Assembly (NCBI GenBank): GCA_002727315.1
Contig: PBWR01000023.1
Coordinates: 100,722 to 164,721 of the forward strand
DNA length: 64,000 bases
Direction: 5' to 3'
Source of the DNA: Alphaproteobacteria bacterium
GTDB lineage: Bacteria > Pseudomonadota > Alphaproteobacteria > UBA6615
Each line of letters opens with the position of its first letter. The first letter of the stretch is position 1. The notes beneath the pieces are model-generated. The model had not been told where the DNA came from. It saw only the letters and a list, made by a program, of their open reading frames with translations, and made no database searches. The position numbers and the translations under genes are program-made. Of the stretch, positions 8,122-17,684 are shown piece after piece.

Positions 8122-10512
8122 ATGAAGTTCACCCTGTCCTGGCTCAAGGATCACCTGGAGACCGAGGCGTCCGTCGACGAGATCGTCGAGACCCTGATCC
8201 GCATCGGGCTGGAGGTCGACACGGTCGACGATCCCGGCGCCAAGCTTGCGGCGTTCACGGTTGCCCATGTGGTGGCAGCGGAGAAGCATCCCGATGCCGA
8301 CCGGCTGCAGGTCTGCACCGTCGACACCGGGGACGGCCAGGTGCAGGTGGTCTGCGGCGCGCCGAATGCGCGCACGGGCATGAAGGGCGTGTTCGCGCCG
8401 TCCGGCACCTATGTCCCAGGCATCGAACTGATGCTCAAGAAGACCAAGATTCGCGGCGTCGAATCCAACGGCATGCTGGTGTCGGAACGCGAGACGGGTC
8501 TGTCCGACGAACATGAAGGCATCATCGAGCTGCCGGAGGACGCGCCGCTGGGCGCACCCATCGCTGGCGTGCTTGGCATCGACGATCCGGTCATCGATAT
8601 CGAGCTGACGCCGAACCGGCCCGACTGCACCGGCGTGCGCGGCATTGCCCGCGACCTTGCGGCCGCCGGCCTGGGCATGCTCAAGCCCTTCGACAGTGCG
8701 GCGCCCGTCGAAGGCACCTATGACAGCCCCGTGGCCTGGGCGATCGCCGACGATGACAATGCTTGTTCCTATGTGGTGGGCCGACATTTCCGCAGCGTGA
8801 CCAACGGCCCGTCGCCGAAATGGGTGCAGGACCGCCTGCGCGCCATCGGCCTGCGGCCGATCTCCGCGCTGGTCGACGTCACCAACTATGTCTCGATCGA
8901 TCTCGGTCGGCCGCTGCATGTCTTCGATGCGGCCAAGATCGGCGACACCTTGACCATGCGCCGGGCGCGCGACGGCGAGGATTTCACCGCCCTGGTCGAA
9001 CGCGAATACACGCTGGACGGCGAGATGACCATCATCGGCGACGGCGCCACGGCCGAGGCGGTGGCCGGCGTCATGGGCGGTCTCGATTCGAGCTGCACCG
9101 AAGACACCACCGATGTGTTCCTCGAGGTTGCACTGTTCGATCCGATCTCGGTCGCCACGACCGGCCGCAAGCTGCAGATCGAATCCGATGCGCGCTACCG
9201 CTTCGAGCGCGGCGTCGATCCGGAATCCGCCGACTGGGGCGCTGACGTGGCGGCCCGCATGATCTTGGAATTGTGCGGCGGCGAGACCAGCAAGCCCGTC
9301 ACCGCGGGCGCCATGCCCGACTGGCGGCGCAGCGTCGAGCTAAGCACCGACCGGGTCGCGACCCTGGGCGGGGTCGAGGTGGCGGTGGACCGCCAGATTG
9401 CGATTCTCGACGGGCTTGGCTTCGAGACCACCCAGGTGGGCGAGGCCATCACCGCGGCGGTGCCGCCCTGGCGGCCCGATGTACATGGTGAACCCGACCT
9501 GGTCGAGGAGATCACCCGCATCCACGGTTTCGACGAAGTCGCGCCGGTTTCCCTCGACCGGGGCGCGGCCCTGCCGCCGCAGGCGATCACCCCGTCCCAG
9601 CGCCGCACCAGCCTGGTGCGCCGGGTGCTCGCCGCCCAGGGTCTGGACGAGGCGGTGACCTGGTCCTTCATGGGCCGGGCCCATGCCGAACTGTTCGGCG
9701 ATGTGGACGCGCTGATGCTGGCCAATCCGATCTCCAGCGAGCTCGACGCCATGCGGCCGTCGATCCTCGGTAATCTTCTGCTCGGCGCCGGCCGCAACGC
9801 CGACCGCGGCTTCGCCGATGTCGGTCTGTTCGAACTCGGCCCGGCCTATCGCGACGCCAGCCCTGATGGCCAGCTGCTGGTTGCGGCTGGCATCCGCCAT
9901 GGCAATGCGGTGCCGGCCCACTGGTCGGGCAAGGCGCGCGCCGCCGACGCGCTCGATGCCAAGGCCGATGCGCTCGCCGCGCTGGAAGCCGGCGGTGCGC
10001 CGGTCGCCAACCTACAGATCGACCGAGACACGCCGGCCTGGTATCACCCGGGCCGCTCGGGCGGGCTGCGTCTGGGCAAGAATGTGCTGGCTTGGTTCGG
10101 GGAAATTCATCCCGGTGTGCTGCGCAGGCTCGATGTTCGCGGCCCGGCGGTGGGTTTCGAGGTCTTCCTCGATGTGCTGCCCGACCGCAAGGAAAAGAGC
10201 GCGGCCCGGCCGCCGCTACACCTGTTGGCCCTACAGCCGGTGCGCCGCGACTTCGCCTTCATGGTGGATGCGGATGTCGAGGCCGGGGCCGTCCTGCGCG
10301 CGGCGCGCGGTGCGGAGAAGGAATTGGTCTCGAGCGTCGACCTGTTCGACGTCTATGAGGGCAAGAACATCGAGGACGGCAAGAAGTCGCTCGCCATCCA
10401 GGTCACTCTGCAGCCGGTCGAGGCGACTCTGACCGACGAGGAGATCGACGCGGTGGCGAAGAAGATCGTCGCGGCGGTGGAGAAGGCGACCGGCGGAACG
10501 CTGCGGGGTTAG
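8122..10512 (+). CDS. pheT: phenylalanine--tRNA ligase beta subunit
   Basis: 796 aa, tRNA-binding N-domain, B3/B4 and B5 domains, FDVYEGK C-terminus. Confidence 0.95.
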   Translation: MKFTLSWLKDHLETEASVDEIVETLIRIGLEVDTVDDPGAKLAAFTVAHVVAAEKHPDADRLQVCTVDTGDGQVQVVCGAPNARTGMKGVFAPSGTYVPGIELMLKKTKIRGVESNGMLVSERETGLSDEHEGIIELPEDAPLGAPIAGVLGIDDPVIDIELTPNRPDCTGVRGIARDLAAAGLGMLKPFDSAAPVEGTYDSPVAWAIADDDNACSYVVGRHFRSVTNGPSPKWVQDRLRAIGLRPISALVDVTNYVSIDLGRPLHVFDAAKIGDTLTMRRARDGEDFTALVEREYTLDGEMTIIGDGATAEAVAGVMGGLDSSCTEDTTDVFLEVALFDPISVATTGRKLQIESDARYRFERGVDPESADWGADVAARMILELCGGETSKPVTAGAMPDWRRSVELSTDRVATLGGVEVAVDRQIAILDGLGFETTQVGEAITAAVPPWRPDVHGEPDLVEEITRIHGFDEVAPVSLDRGAALPPQAITPSQRRTSLVRRVLAAQGLDEAVTWSFMGRAHAELFGDVDALMLANPISSELDAMRPSILGNLLLGAGRNADRGFADVGLFELGPAYRDASPDGQLLVAAGIRHGNAVPAHWSGKARAADALDAKADALAALEAGGAPVANLQIDRDTPAWYHPGRSGGLRLGKNVLAWFGEIHPGVLRRLDVRGPAVGFEVFLDVLPDRKEKSAARPPLHLLALQPVRRDFAFMVDADVEAGAVLRAARGAEKELVSSVDLFDVYEGKNIEDGKKSLAIQVTLQPVEATLTDEEIDAVAKKIVAAVEKATGGTLRG

Positions 10513-10524
10513 GTCGGCACCGAC

Positions 10525-10552
10525 ATTTATCCATAGGTGCTTGTGGATAAAT
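10525..10552. promoter_or_regulatory. inverted pair of DnaA-box-like 9-mers (palindrome)
   Basis: atTTATCCAtaggtgcttgTGGATAAat. The right arm reverse-complements to the perfect TTATCCACA. A GC hairpin gtcggcaccgac sits just upstream. Confidence 0.35.
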
Positions 10553-10796
10553 GAACCGTTCACCATGGGACGTCAACCCGCTCGCGCAGGACTGTTGAAA
10601 TATGGGATGAAAGCCATAACGAATGGTATTTGCAGGTGAAATTGAAAGTCAGAACTGTCTGAACTGTGTATATCTTGTTGAAGAACCGGGTCTCGGACTG
10701 CTGCGTATGGCAGTTATCCCCGCTTCCAACAGAGACTAAGACAGCGCCAACCCCAACCCGAATTCATGATTTGTTCCGCCCCGATCCCGAAATCAG

Positions 10797-12599
10797 ATGA
10801 CCGACCTCTCCCATATCCGCAATTTCTCGATCATTGCCCATATCGACCATGGCAAATCGACGCTGGCCGACCGCCTGATCCAGGAGTGCGGCGGGCTGAC
10901 TGAGCGCGAGATGCAGGAGCAGGTGCTCGACAATATGGAGCTCGAGCGCGAGCGTGGCATCACCATCAAGGCCCAGACGGTGCGCCTGGCCTACACGGCC
11001 AGGGACGGGGAGACCTATCATTTGAACCTGATGGACACGCCCGGCCATGTGGATTTCTCCTATGAGGTCTCCCGCTCGCTGGCCGCGTGCGAGGGCTCGT
11101 TGCTGGTGGTCGATGCCAGCCAGGGGGTCGAGGCCCAGACACTGGCCAACGCCTATCTCGCGATCGATGCCGACCAGGAGATCGTGCCCGTGCTCAACAA
11201 GGTCGACCTGCCGGCCGCCGAGCCCGAGCGCATCCGCCAGCAGATCGAGGACGTGATCGGGCTGGACGCGGCCGACGCCGTGATGATCTCGGCCAAGACC
11301 GGGCTCGGCATCGAGGATGTGCTGGAGTCGATCGTCACCCGGATGCCGCCGCCCGAAGGCGGGGCCGAGGATGACCTGCAGGCGCTGCTGGTCGACAGCT
11401 GGTACGACCCCTATCTGGGCGTCGTGGCGCTGGTGCGTGTCCAGCACGGCACCCTGAAAAAGGGCCAGAAGATCCGCATGATGTCCAACGGGCGCACTTA
11501 CCCGGTCGACCGGGTCGGCGTGTTCACGCCCGCACGCACGGAGATCGACACGCTGGGGCCTGGCGAGATCGGCTTCATCACGGCCTCCATCAAGACCGTT
11601 GCGGACTGCAATGTGGGTGACACCATCACCGACGACCGCAAACCTGCGGCCGAACCGCTGCCGGGCTTCAAGCCGTCGGTGCCGGTGGTCTTCTCCTCCC
11701 TCTACCCGGCCGACACGGCGGAGTATGAGGATCTGCGCGACGCGCTCGGCAAGCTGCACCTGAACGATGCCAGCTTCGAATATGAGCCCGAGAGCTCGGC
11801 CGCGCTGGGCATGGGCTTCCGCTGCGGGTTCCTGGGCCTGCTGCACATGGAGATCATCCAGCAGCGCCTCGAGCGCGAGTTCGACCTTGAGATCATCGCG
11901 ACCGCGCCGTCGGTCGTCTATCACATCACACTCACGGACGGGGAGGAGATCGAGCTCCACAACCCGACCGACTATCCCGAGGTGACCCGGATCGACACCA
12001 TCGCGGAGCCCTGGATCAAGGCCTCGATCATGGTGCCCGACGAGTATCTGGGCGCCGTGCTGCAGCTTTGCACTGAGCGGCGCGGCGAGCAGATTGAGCT
12101 GACCTATGTGGGCGGGCGCGCCATGGCGGTCTACCGGCTGCCGCTCAACGAGGTGGTGTTCGACTTCTATGACCGGCTGAAATCCATTAGCCGCGGCTAT
12201 GCCAGCTTCGATTACGAGATCGACGAGTACCGCATGGGCGACCTCGTGAAGGTCGACATCCTGGTCAACGGCGAGGTGGTGGATGCGCTGGCGATGGTGG
12301 TCCACCGGGAGCAAGCCGAGGTGCGCGGCCGGCACCTGTGCACCCGGCTCAAGGATCTGGTGCCGCGCCAGCTCTTCAAGGTAGCCCTGCAGGCCGCAAT
12401 CGGCGGCAAGGTGATCGCGCGCGAGACCCTGGGCGCGATGCGTAAGGACGTGACGTCGAAATGCTACGGCGGCGACATCACACGGAAACGCAAGCTGCTG
12501 GAGAAGCAGAAGGCGGGCAAAAAGAAGATGCGCCAGTACGGCAATGTCGAGATCCCGCAATCGGCCTTCATCCAGGCCCTACGCATGGGCGACGAGTAG
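10797..12599 (+). CDS. lepA: elongation factor 4 (LepA)
   Basis: 600 aa, GTPase G1 AHIDHGKST, LepA-specific C-terminal domain. Confidence 0.95.
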   Translation: MTDLSHIRNFSIIAHIDHGKSTLADRLIQECGGLTEREMQEQVLDNMELERERGITIKAQTVRLAYTARDGETYHLNLMDTPGHVDFSYEVSRSLAACEGSLLVVDASQGVEAQTLANAYLAIDADQEIVPVLNKVDLPAAEPERIRQQIEDVIGLDAADAVMISAKTGLGIEDVLESIVTRMPPPEGGAEDDLQALLVDSWYDPYLGVVALVRVQHGTLKKGQKIRMMSNGRTYPVDRVGVFTPARTEIDTLGPGEIGFITASIKTVADCNVGDTITDDRKPAAEPLPGFKPSVPVVFSSLYPADTAEYEDLRDALGKLHLNDASFEYEPESSAALGMGFRCGFLGLLHMEIIQQRLEREFDLEIIATAPSVVYHITLTDGEEIELHNPTDYPEVTRIDTIAEPWIKASIMVPDEYLGAVLQLCTERRGEQIELTYVGGRAMAVYRLPLNEVVFDFYDRLKSISRGYASFDYEIDEYRMGDLVKVDILVNGEVVDALAMVVHREQAEVRGRHLCTRLKDLVPRQLFKVALQAAIGGKVIARETLGAMRKDVTSKCYGGDITRKRKLLEKQKAGKKKMRQYGNVEIPQSAFIQALRMGDE

Positions 12600-12611
12600 G
12601 GAATTCATCCG

Positions 12612-12724
12612 TTATCGTCGTTCCCGCGCAGGCGGGAACCCATAATCGCATTTGGCTGCCTGGCCAGGCTCGGTGTCTATGGATGCCCGCCTTCCCGGGT
12701 ATGACGATGCTTGTGAAGTATCGA
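12612..12724. repeat. REP/MITE-like double-hairpin element, copy C
   Basis: gttcccgc-gcag-gcgggaac (12620-12639) plus ccataatc. atgcccgc-cttc-ccgggtat (12683-12702) plus gacgatgcttgtgaagtatc. Additional hairpin gcgcgga-cttaa-tccgcgc at 12742-12760. Confidence 0.7.
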
Positions 12725-12774
12725 ATTGGTTCCGTCGCCATGCGCGGACTTAATCCGCGCATCCATGTTGCCGC

Positions 12775-13182
12775 CTAGGACCTGAAGATGCCCGTCTTGC
12801 GCGGCCGCCGGCGGAACACCCATGTCAGAATAATGCCCGGCACGCCGAGCACGAGCAGCGCCGGCCACAACAGGATCGTCACGATGACCGGGTCCCACAG
12901 GCTCGGCAGGACGTAGCGCTGGGTCACGGCCTGGACCAGGTTGAGGCTGCCATTGTCGAGGGTAAACCAGAGTTCGCCCGCGGTGATCATGACGAAGTCG
13001 CCCGTGCCGAGCCATGCGCTGATATCGCGCACCAGCACCGCGACCGCCGCTATCAGAAATATCCAGCCTATGACTCGGCCGACAATCATGGCCTCATGGG
13101 CCTCGCGTTTCTGTTCTTCTTGTTTGTTTTCCTCTGCGTACTTAACCGCAGTTTTCGCGTCGGACACAAGCCTTACTCCCAC
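12775..13182 (-). CDS. hypothetical small membrane protein (2-3 TM helices)
   Basis: Hydrophobic segments IGWIFLIAAVAVLV and VIVTILLWPALLVLGVPGIILTWVF. Likely true start is the internal Met at 13089 (GAGG SD); 13182 is a GTG. Confidence 0.5.
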   Translation of the reverse strand: MGVRLVSDAKTAVKYAEENKQEEQKREAHEAMIVGRVIGWIFLIAAVAVLVRDISAWLGTGDFVMITAGELWFTLDNGSLNLVQAVTQRYVLPSLWDPVIVTILLWPALLVLGVPGIILTWVFRRRPRKTGIFRS

Positions 13183-13247
13183 TCAATTTTATGAAACCGT
13201 GAACGGTTGCCAGCGTGGGGCCGCTCGGCTATCCAGTGCGCCTGAGC

Positions 13248-13337
13248 GGAGGGGTGGCCGAGTGGCTGAAGGCGCACGCTTGGAAAGCGTGTAAACGGGT
13301 AACCGTTTCGAGGGTTCGAATCCCTCTCCCTCCGCCA
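13248..13337 (+). tRNA. tRNA-Ser (anticodon GGA), long variable arm, encoded CCA
   Basis: GGAGGGGTGGCCGAGTGG...CTTGGAAAG anticodon loop...GGTTCGAATCCCTCTCCCTCCGCCA cloverleaf, 90 nt. Confidence 0.9.
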
Positions 13338-14055
13338 CCCTGCGCCAGCCTCTGATGCGCTCCGCCTGCTGGCCGAGACCGAGGCGGCGGAACACGAAGC
13401 GATGGGTGAGACGGGCGCACCGACGGGCCACATGAACCTGACCGCGGCGGCGACCTTCGGGCGCTCGGTGCTGGCGCCGGTCATCTCGGATTTCCTGGAG
13501 GCCCATCCCGGAGTCTCGGTGTCGGCCCGGTTCCTCGACCGGGTGGTCGACCTGATCGAGGAGGATATCGACATCGCCGTGCTGCCGGATTCCTCCCTGG
13601 TCGCCCGGCGCGTCGGCGCAGTGCGCCGCAAGATGGTCGCCAGCCCCGATTACCTGGCCGCACACGGCGCGCCCGATGCACCGGCCGCGCTCCGCGATCA
13701 CGCCGTGATCGCGTTTACGGGCCTGATGCCCAACCGCGAATGGCGCCACCGCGCCCGGGGCCGCGTGCGCACGGTCGCGGTCGAGCCGCGCTTCGAGGTC
13801 AATGACGCCCTGTCGGTGCTGGCCGCGGCGGAGGCCGGGAAGGGGGTGTGCCCCGCCCTATCCTACATGGTCGGCGATGAGCTCGCGGCCGGACGGCTGA
13901 TGCCGGTGCTGGAGGATTTCTCACCCGCACCCGTACCGGTCCACCTGGTGCACCAGCAGGGGCGGCTGGTGCCGCCCAAGGTGCGCGCCTTCATGGATTT
14001 CGCCGCCCCACGTTTGGCGGCGGCGCTGGGGGATTTGTCGCCCGAAGGTGGCTAA
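13338..14055 (+). pseudogene. LysR-family transcriptional regulator, 5'-truncated (no HTH domain); homology begins at the tRNA-Ser 3' end
   Basis: The linker ([17 protein letters not shown]) and the complete substrate-binding domain are present. No start codon or HTH. First ATG at 13402. Confidence 0.65.
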
Positions 14056-14459
14056 CCCGGCATCCTGTCAAACAGCGGCAGGTCCGGGTCGAGCGGCGTC
14101 GAGGCGATCTTGCTGTCTCCGAATAGGTTGAAGGCGGGCTTGACCTCGTCAGTCTGCTCGATCACCCCGGCGCGTATGCTCAGCGTGCCCGGGCGGTTGG
14201 AGTTGCGCGCGAACATCTGGGAACCACAGTCGGGACAGAAGAGCTTCTCCATGTCTGCGCCGCTGTCGGCCTTGTGCCCATAGGCCTTTGGCGTGCCGGT
14301 GATGGTGAGCGCGTCCTCATCGACTGTCAGCAATGTGGCGAAGGCCGCGCCGGTGGCGCCCCGGCAATCGGCGCAATGGCAGTTCGCCGCGCGCAGGATC
14401 TCGGTGTCGGTGCTGAACGCAATGTTCCCGCACAGGCATTGTCCGGACAGTTTCGGCAT
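14052..14459 (-). CDS. GFA family protein (glutathione-dependent formaldehyde-activating enzyme / CENP-V-like zinc domain)
   Basis: 135 aa, CLCGNIAF...CHCADC...CPDCGS zinc-binding Cys pattern. Confidence 0.8.
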   Translation of the reverse strand: MPKLSGQCLCGNIAFSTDTEILRAANCHCADCRGATGAAFATLLTVDEDALTITGTPKAYGHKADSGADMEKLFCPDCGSQMFARNSNRPGTLSIRAGVIEQTDEVKPAFNLFGDSKIASTPLDPDLPLFDRMPG

Positions 14460-14495
14460 CGCTCATCTCCTGGCCGCTCGGCCGGTTGTGTCGGC

Positions 14496-15359
14496 TCAGT
14501 CGTAGAACGCGATCGAGCGGGTCTCGATCGACTGGCGCGGGGCGGCGTTGGCCGGGCTCGTCGGATCGTCGAAGGCCGAATGGGCCGTCCAGCGCGCCCG
14601 CCCGTCCATCTTGGTGTCGTAGCACTTCAGCAGGATCACCTCGTCGGGCACCATCTGCGGAAAATAGACCCATCGGTGGTCGGGGTTGTACTTGGTGCGG
14701 TGAATCTCGCCGATCCGGTCATCGTATTTCAGGTCCATCAGCACCATGTCGTCCTCGGCGATCGAGGTGGCGTCGCAGATGCCCAGGGGGGCCTCCTCGA
14801 CCGCGCCCGAGATCGATCGCCAGACATTCACATAGACGTAGCGTTTCTTCAGCGCCGCCTCGGCTTCCTCGGGGGTCAGCAGGTCGCGCACCCGCTGCGG
14901 GCCCGATTTGTCCGTATAGTCGTTATGAACGACGCGGACCGGCTCGCGCAGCTTGTTCGCTCTACGGGTTTCCTCGTCGGCCACGCGCAGCGTGTGATCG
15001 AACACGATCACCCGGGACGCGCCGGTCGCCTGGAGGACCAGCTTCTCGACCTCGGGGTTGTAGACCGTCTCGATCTGGCCGGAATCGAGGAAATCCGTGA
15101 CCGCGGTGGCTTGCTTGATGAACTGGAAACCGTTGCCATCGAGGCTCAGCTGGTCGGCCACGGGGCGGGCGTCATAGATGGGGACCGTGCGCAGGTCCGG
15201 CACCTCGTCGCGTTCGTTGGATTCACCGTAGGCGGCGATGTAGGTCACAGGTTTCACGCCGTTGTCCACGACATACCTCATCGAGGCTTCGACGAACGGC
15301 AGATCGAGTGTGTCGTATGCGGGTTGCGTCATCGGGCTGGCCCTTTTCGCGGCTGTCAT
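14496..15359 (-). CDS. CmcJ/NvfI-family oxidoreductase (putative Fe/2OG-type hydroxylase)
   Basis: 287 aa. Motifs VHNDYT, YVYVNVWRSI, YNPDHRWVYFPQM typical of the bacterial CmcJ-like family (call from memory). Confidence 0.6.
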   Translation of the reverse strand: MTAAKRASPMTQPAYDTLDLPFVEASMRYVVDNGVKPVTYIAAYGESNERDEVPDLRTVPIYDARPVADQLSLDGNGFQFIKQATAVTDFLDSGQIETVYNPEVEKLVLQATGASRVIVFDHTLRVADEETRRANKLREPVRVVHNDYTDKSGPQRVRDLLTPEEAEAALKKRYVYVNVWRSISGAVEEAPLGICDATSIAEDDMVLMDLKYDDRIGEIHRTKYNPDHRWVYFPQMVPDEVILLKCYDTKMDGRARWTAHSAFDDPTSPANAAPRQSIETRSIAFYD

Positions 15360-15421
15360 TTGGTTCAGTCTATCAGATAGGTCTGCCGGCAGGTGTGTCG
15401 AGGGGGCGTGGCCGGAACGGC

Positions 15422-16057
15422 TCAGAGCGATGCGCTCGGCCGCGCCTTGACCGTGTCGAACCAGCGCTTCGCGTTGGCCGCATCCTCGGGCAGGGTGAGC
15501 TTCAGCCAGCCGGCGAACTCGACCGCGACGAAGGCCAAGATGTCGGCGGCCGAGAAGGCATCGCCGGCGACGTATTCGCGGGTCGCAAGCTCGTCGTCCA
15601 GCATCTCGAAGAAATGCCCGGTCCGGGTCACGCCCCGCTCTGCCAGCTCGGGGATCTGGGCGTAGTTGTGGGGCCCCGTCAGCGCCCTGTCGGCGAGCCG
15701 TTTGGCGCGATTGCGCATACCCTCACCCACGGCGAGGAATCCCTCGATCTCGCAGCGCCAGGACCAGTCGGCGATGGCGGCGCGTTCGCGCGCGTCACGG
15801 CCGAGGAGCACCGGGTCCGGTTGGGTTTCCTCGAGATAGCGCCAACAGCCTTGCGTGCTCAGGAAGCGCTCCCCGTCATCGGTCTCGAGCACGGGCACGG
15901 TCGCGAAGGGATTGATCGCTAGGAACGCGTCACCCAGCTGCTCCTGCTCGCCGAGATTGACCTCGACGGTCTCGATGGCGTCGCCCAGGCCCTTTTCGGC
16001 GATGAACATGCGCACCAGGCGCGGGCTCGGTGCTGTGGCGCAGTCGTAGAACTTCAT
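15422..16057 (-). CDS. glutathione S-transferase
   Basis: 211 aa, thioredoxin-like N-domain (MKFYDCATAPSPRLVRMFIAEKGL..) plus GST C-domain. Confidence 0.85.
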   Translation of the reverse strand: MKFYDCATAPSPRLVRMFIAEKGLGDAIETVEVNLGEQEQLGDAFLAINPFATVPVLETDDGERFLSTQGCWRYLEETQPDPVLLGRDARERAAIADWSWRCEIEGFLAVGEGMRNRAKRLADRALTGPHNYAQIPELAERGVTRTGHFFEMLDDELATREYVAGDAFSAADILAFVAVEFAGWLKLTLPEDAANAKRWFDTVKARPSASL

Positions 16058-16330
16058 GGATCGGCGGTCCCGTTGCGGTCATGCGAGGCCGCAGCCTAGC
16101 GCTCCGGGCGCCGCCGTCCAAGGGGGTCGGGCCCCGTCAGGTGCCGCCCAAGCTGTTCTGGACGATGCGGTGATAGGTGTTCAGGTTCTCCCGCTTATCG
16201 CTGGTTTCGGCCGCACCGGCACACGCCCGGTCGAGCTGGGCGAGGATCCGCGGGCCGGCCGTTGGGCAGGATCCATGAAGACCGAGTGCGGTATCCACGA
16301 GAATCCCTGAGGCTGACGGCCGCGACCCAT

Positions 16331-16369
16331 ATCGCCAAACGCAAAACCGGCGCCCGATAGGACGCCGGT
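16331..16369 (-). terminator. rho-independent terminator downstream of the GST gene 16394-17032
   Basis: accggcg/cgccggt stem at 16346-16369. Minus-strand transcript continues UUUGCGUUUGG. Confidence 0.5.
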
Positions 16370-16393
16370 CTGTCTCTCGCAACCTGCTCCGGT

Positions 16394-17032
16394 CTATTCG
16401 GGGATCGGCAGCGGCTGGTCGTTTTCGGGAATGTTCCAGGCGCGCTGGACGGCCGGGCGGTCGAGCATGGTCATGTACCAGCGGCGCACGTTCGGGAACT
16501 CGTTCAAATCGATTTCCTGCCAATTGTGGCGCGCGGCCCAGGGCCAGCAGGCCATATCTGCGATCGAGTAGTCGTCGACAATGAACTCCCGGCCCTCGAG
16601 GCGTGTGTCCAGAACCTTGTAGAGGCGCCGCGCCTCGGTCTCGTAACGCTCACGGGCGTAGGACGAGGCGTCCGGGTTGTACTTGGTGAAGTGATGCACC
16701 TGGCCGAGGATCGGGCCATAGCCACCCATCTGCCACATCAGCCATTCCATGGTGCGCCAATAGGCGTCGCGGTCGGCGGTGTTGAGGAACTGGCCCGTCT
16801 TCTCCGCCAGATAGAGAAGAATCGCGCCGGTCTCGAACAGCGGGTAGTCGTTGTTGTCGCGGTCGACGATCGCCGGAATCTTGTTGTTCGGGCTGATCTT
16901 CAGAAACTCAGGGTCAAACTGCTCGTCTTTGCCGATGTGGACCGTGTGGGTGTTGTACTCGATGCCGGTCTCTTCGAGCATGATCGCGACCTTGCGGCCG
17001 TTCGGCGTGAAGAAGGTGTAAAATTCGATCAT
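16394..17032 (-). CDS. glutathione S-transferase (YfcG/nu-like)
   Basis: MIEFYTFFTPNGRKVAIMLEETGIEY.. classic GST N-terminus. Start taken at the ATG at 17032 rather than the tool's GTG at 17113. Confidence 0.85.
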   Translation of the reverse strand: MIEFYTFFTPNGRKVAIMLEETGIEYNTHTVHIGKDEQFDPEFLKISPNNKIPAIVDRDNNDYPLFETGAILLYLAEKTGQFLNTADRDAYWRTMEWLMWQMGGYGPILGQVHHFTKYNPDASSYARERYETEARRLYKVLDTRLEGREFIVDDYSIADMACWPWAARHNWQEIDLNEFPNVRRWYMTMLDRPAVQRAWNIPENDQPLPIPE

Positions 17033-17125
17033 CTGAGATCTCTCTTCCCTGTTTTCTTTGTTGATCGAGAAACTATTGACCGTCTCCGGGACGGTCAATT
17101 GCTGGAATTTCACAAGTTTTGTGCG

Positions 17126-17539
17126 TTAGTCCTGACGTTTCCAGATGATGACATTCTTGGTGCCGCTGTCCGGGCCCATGCCGGAAAAAACCATCCGGGC
17201 GCCTTCGTGTTCGACCTGGCGCGACAGGCTGACGCCGACCATGTTCGGGTCGAGCGCGTGCTGGATGGTGTGGGTCACCGTGTCACCTTCGATCGCCCAG
17301 GTGCCGGCATAGTTGAAATAGGTCGCGAACGCCTCCGAGCGTTCCTTGTCGCTCGGCCGGTCGGCCGTCAGGAACCGGTCGGAGAAATGAATGATCGCGG
17401 ACATATAGCCGTCGGGCGTGTACATAATCATGCCGCCCGCATCCCTGCCCATCGTATGGGTGCGGCTGCCGTCGTCGGCCTCGGCGTACATCTCCTCGAG
17501 CGTCCAGCCGCCCACTAGGTCGTCATTACTGAGCGCCAT
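17126..17539 (-). CDS. lipocalin-like domain protein (small beta-barrel, DUF-type)
   Basis: 137 aa, MALSNDDLVGGWTLEEMYAEADDGSRTHTMGRDAGGMIMYTPDGYM... SD AGGGGAG before the ATG at 17539. The tool ORF upstream extension is GC read-through. Confidence 0.6.
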   Translation of the reverse strand: MALSNDDLVGGWTLEEMYAEADDGSRTHTMGRDAGGMIMYTPDGYMSAIIHFSDRFLTADRPSDKERSEAFATYFNYAGTWAIEGDTVTHTIQHALDPNMVGVSLSRQVEHEGARMVFSGMGPDSGTKNVIIWKRQD

Positions 17540-17684
17540 GCTGCTCCCCTGAATTGTTCGACGGCGGAGACTAGTGGGTTCCCCCGCAAGATTGAAGCCA
17601 TTCCAGACACCGTGCGTTGCGACGTCTCGACGCGTCAGGCAAAGTCGATCCCATCGCAAGCACTGGACGCACAAGGATCGCATC

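Noticed and set aside
16058-16393. 128-aa minus ORF (16137-16523) and an 84-aa plus ORF in the 336-bp GST-GST spacer
   Set aside because: They overlap each other and the neighbouring GST gene. Translations are low-complexity with no motifs. Only the terminator hairpin at 16346-16369 is convincing there.
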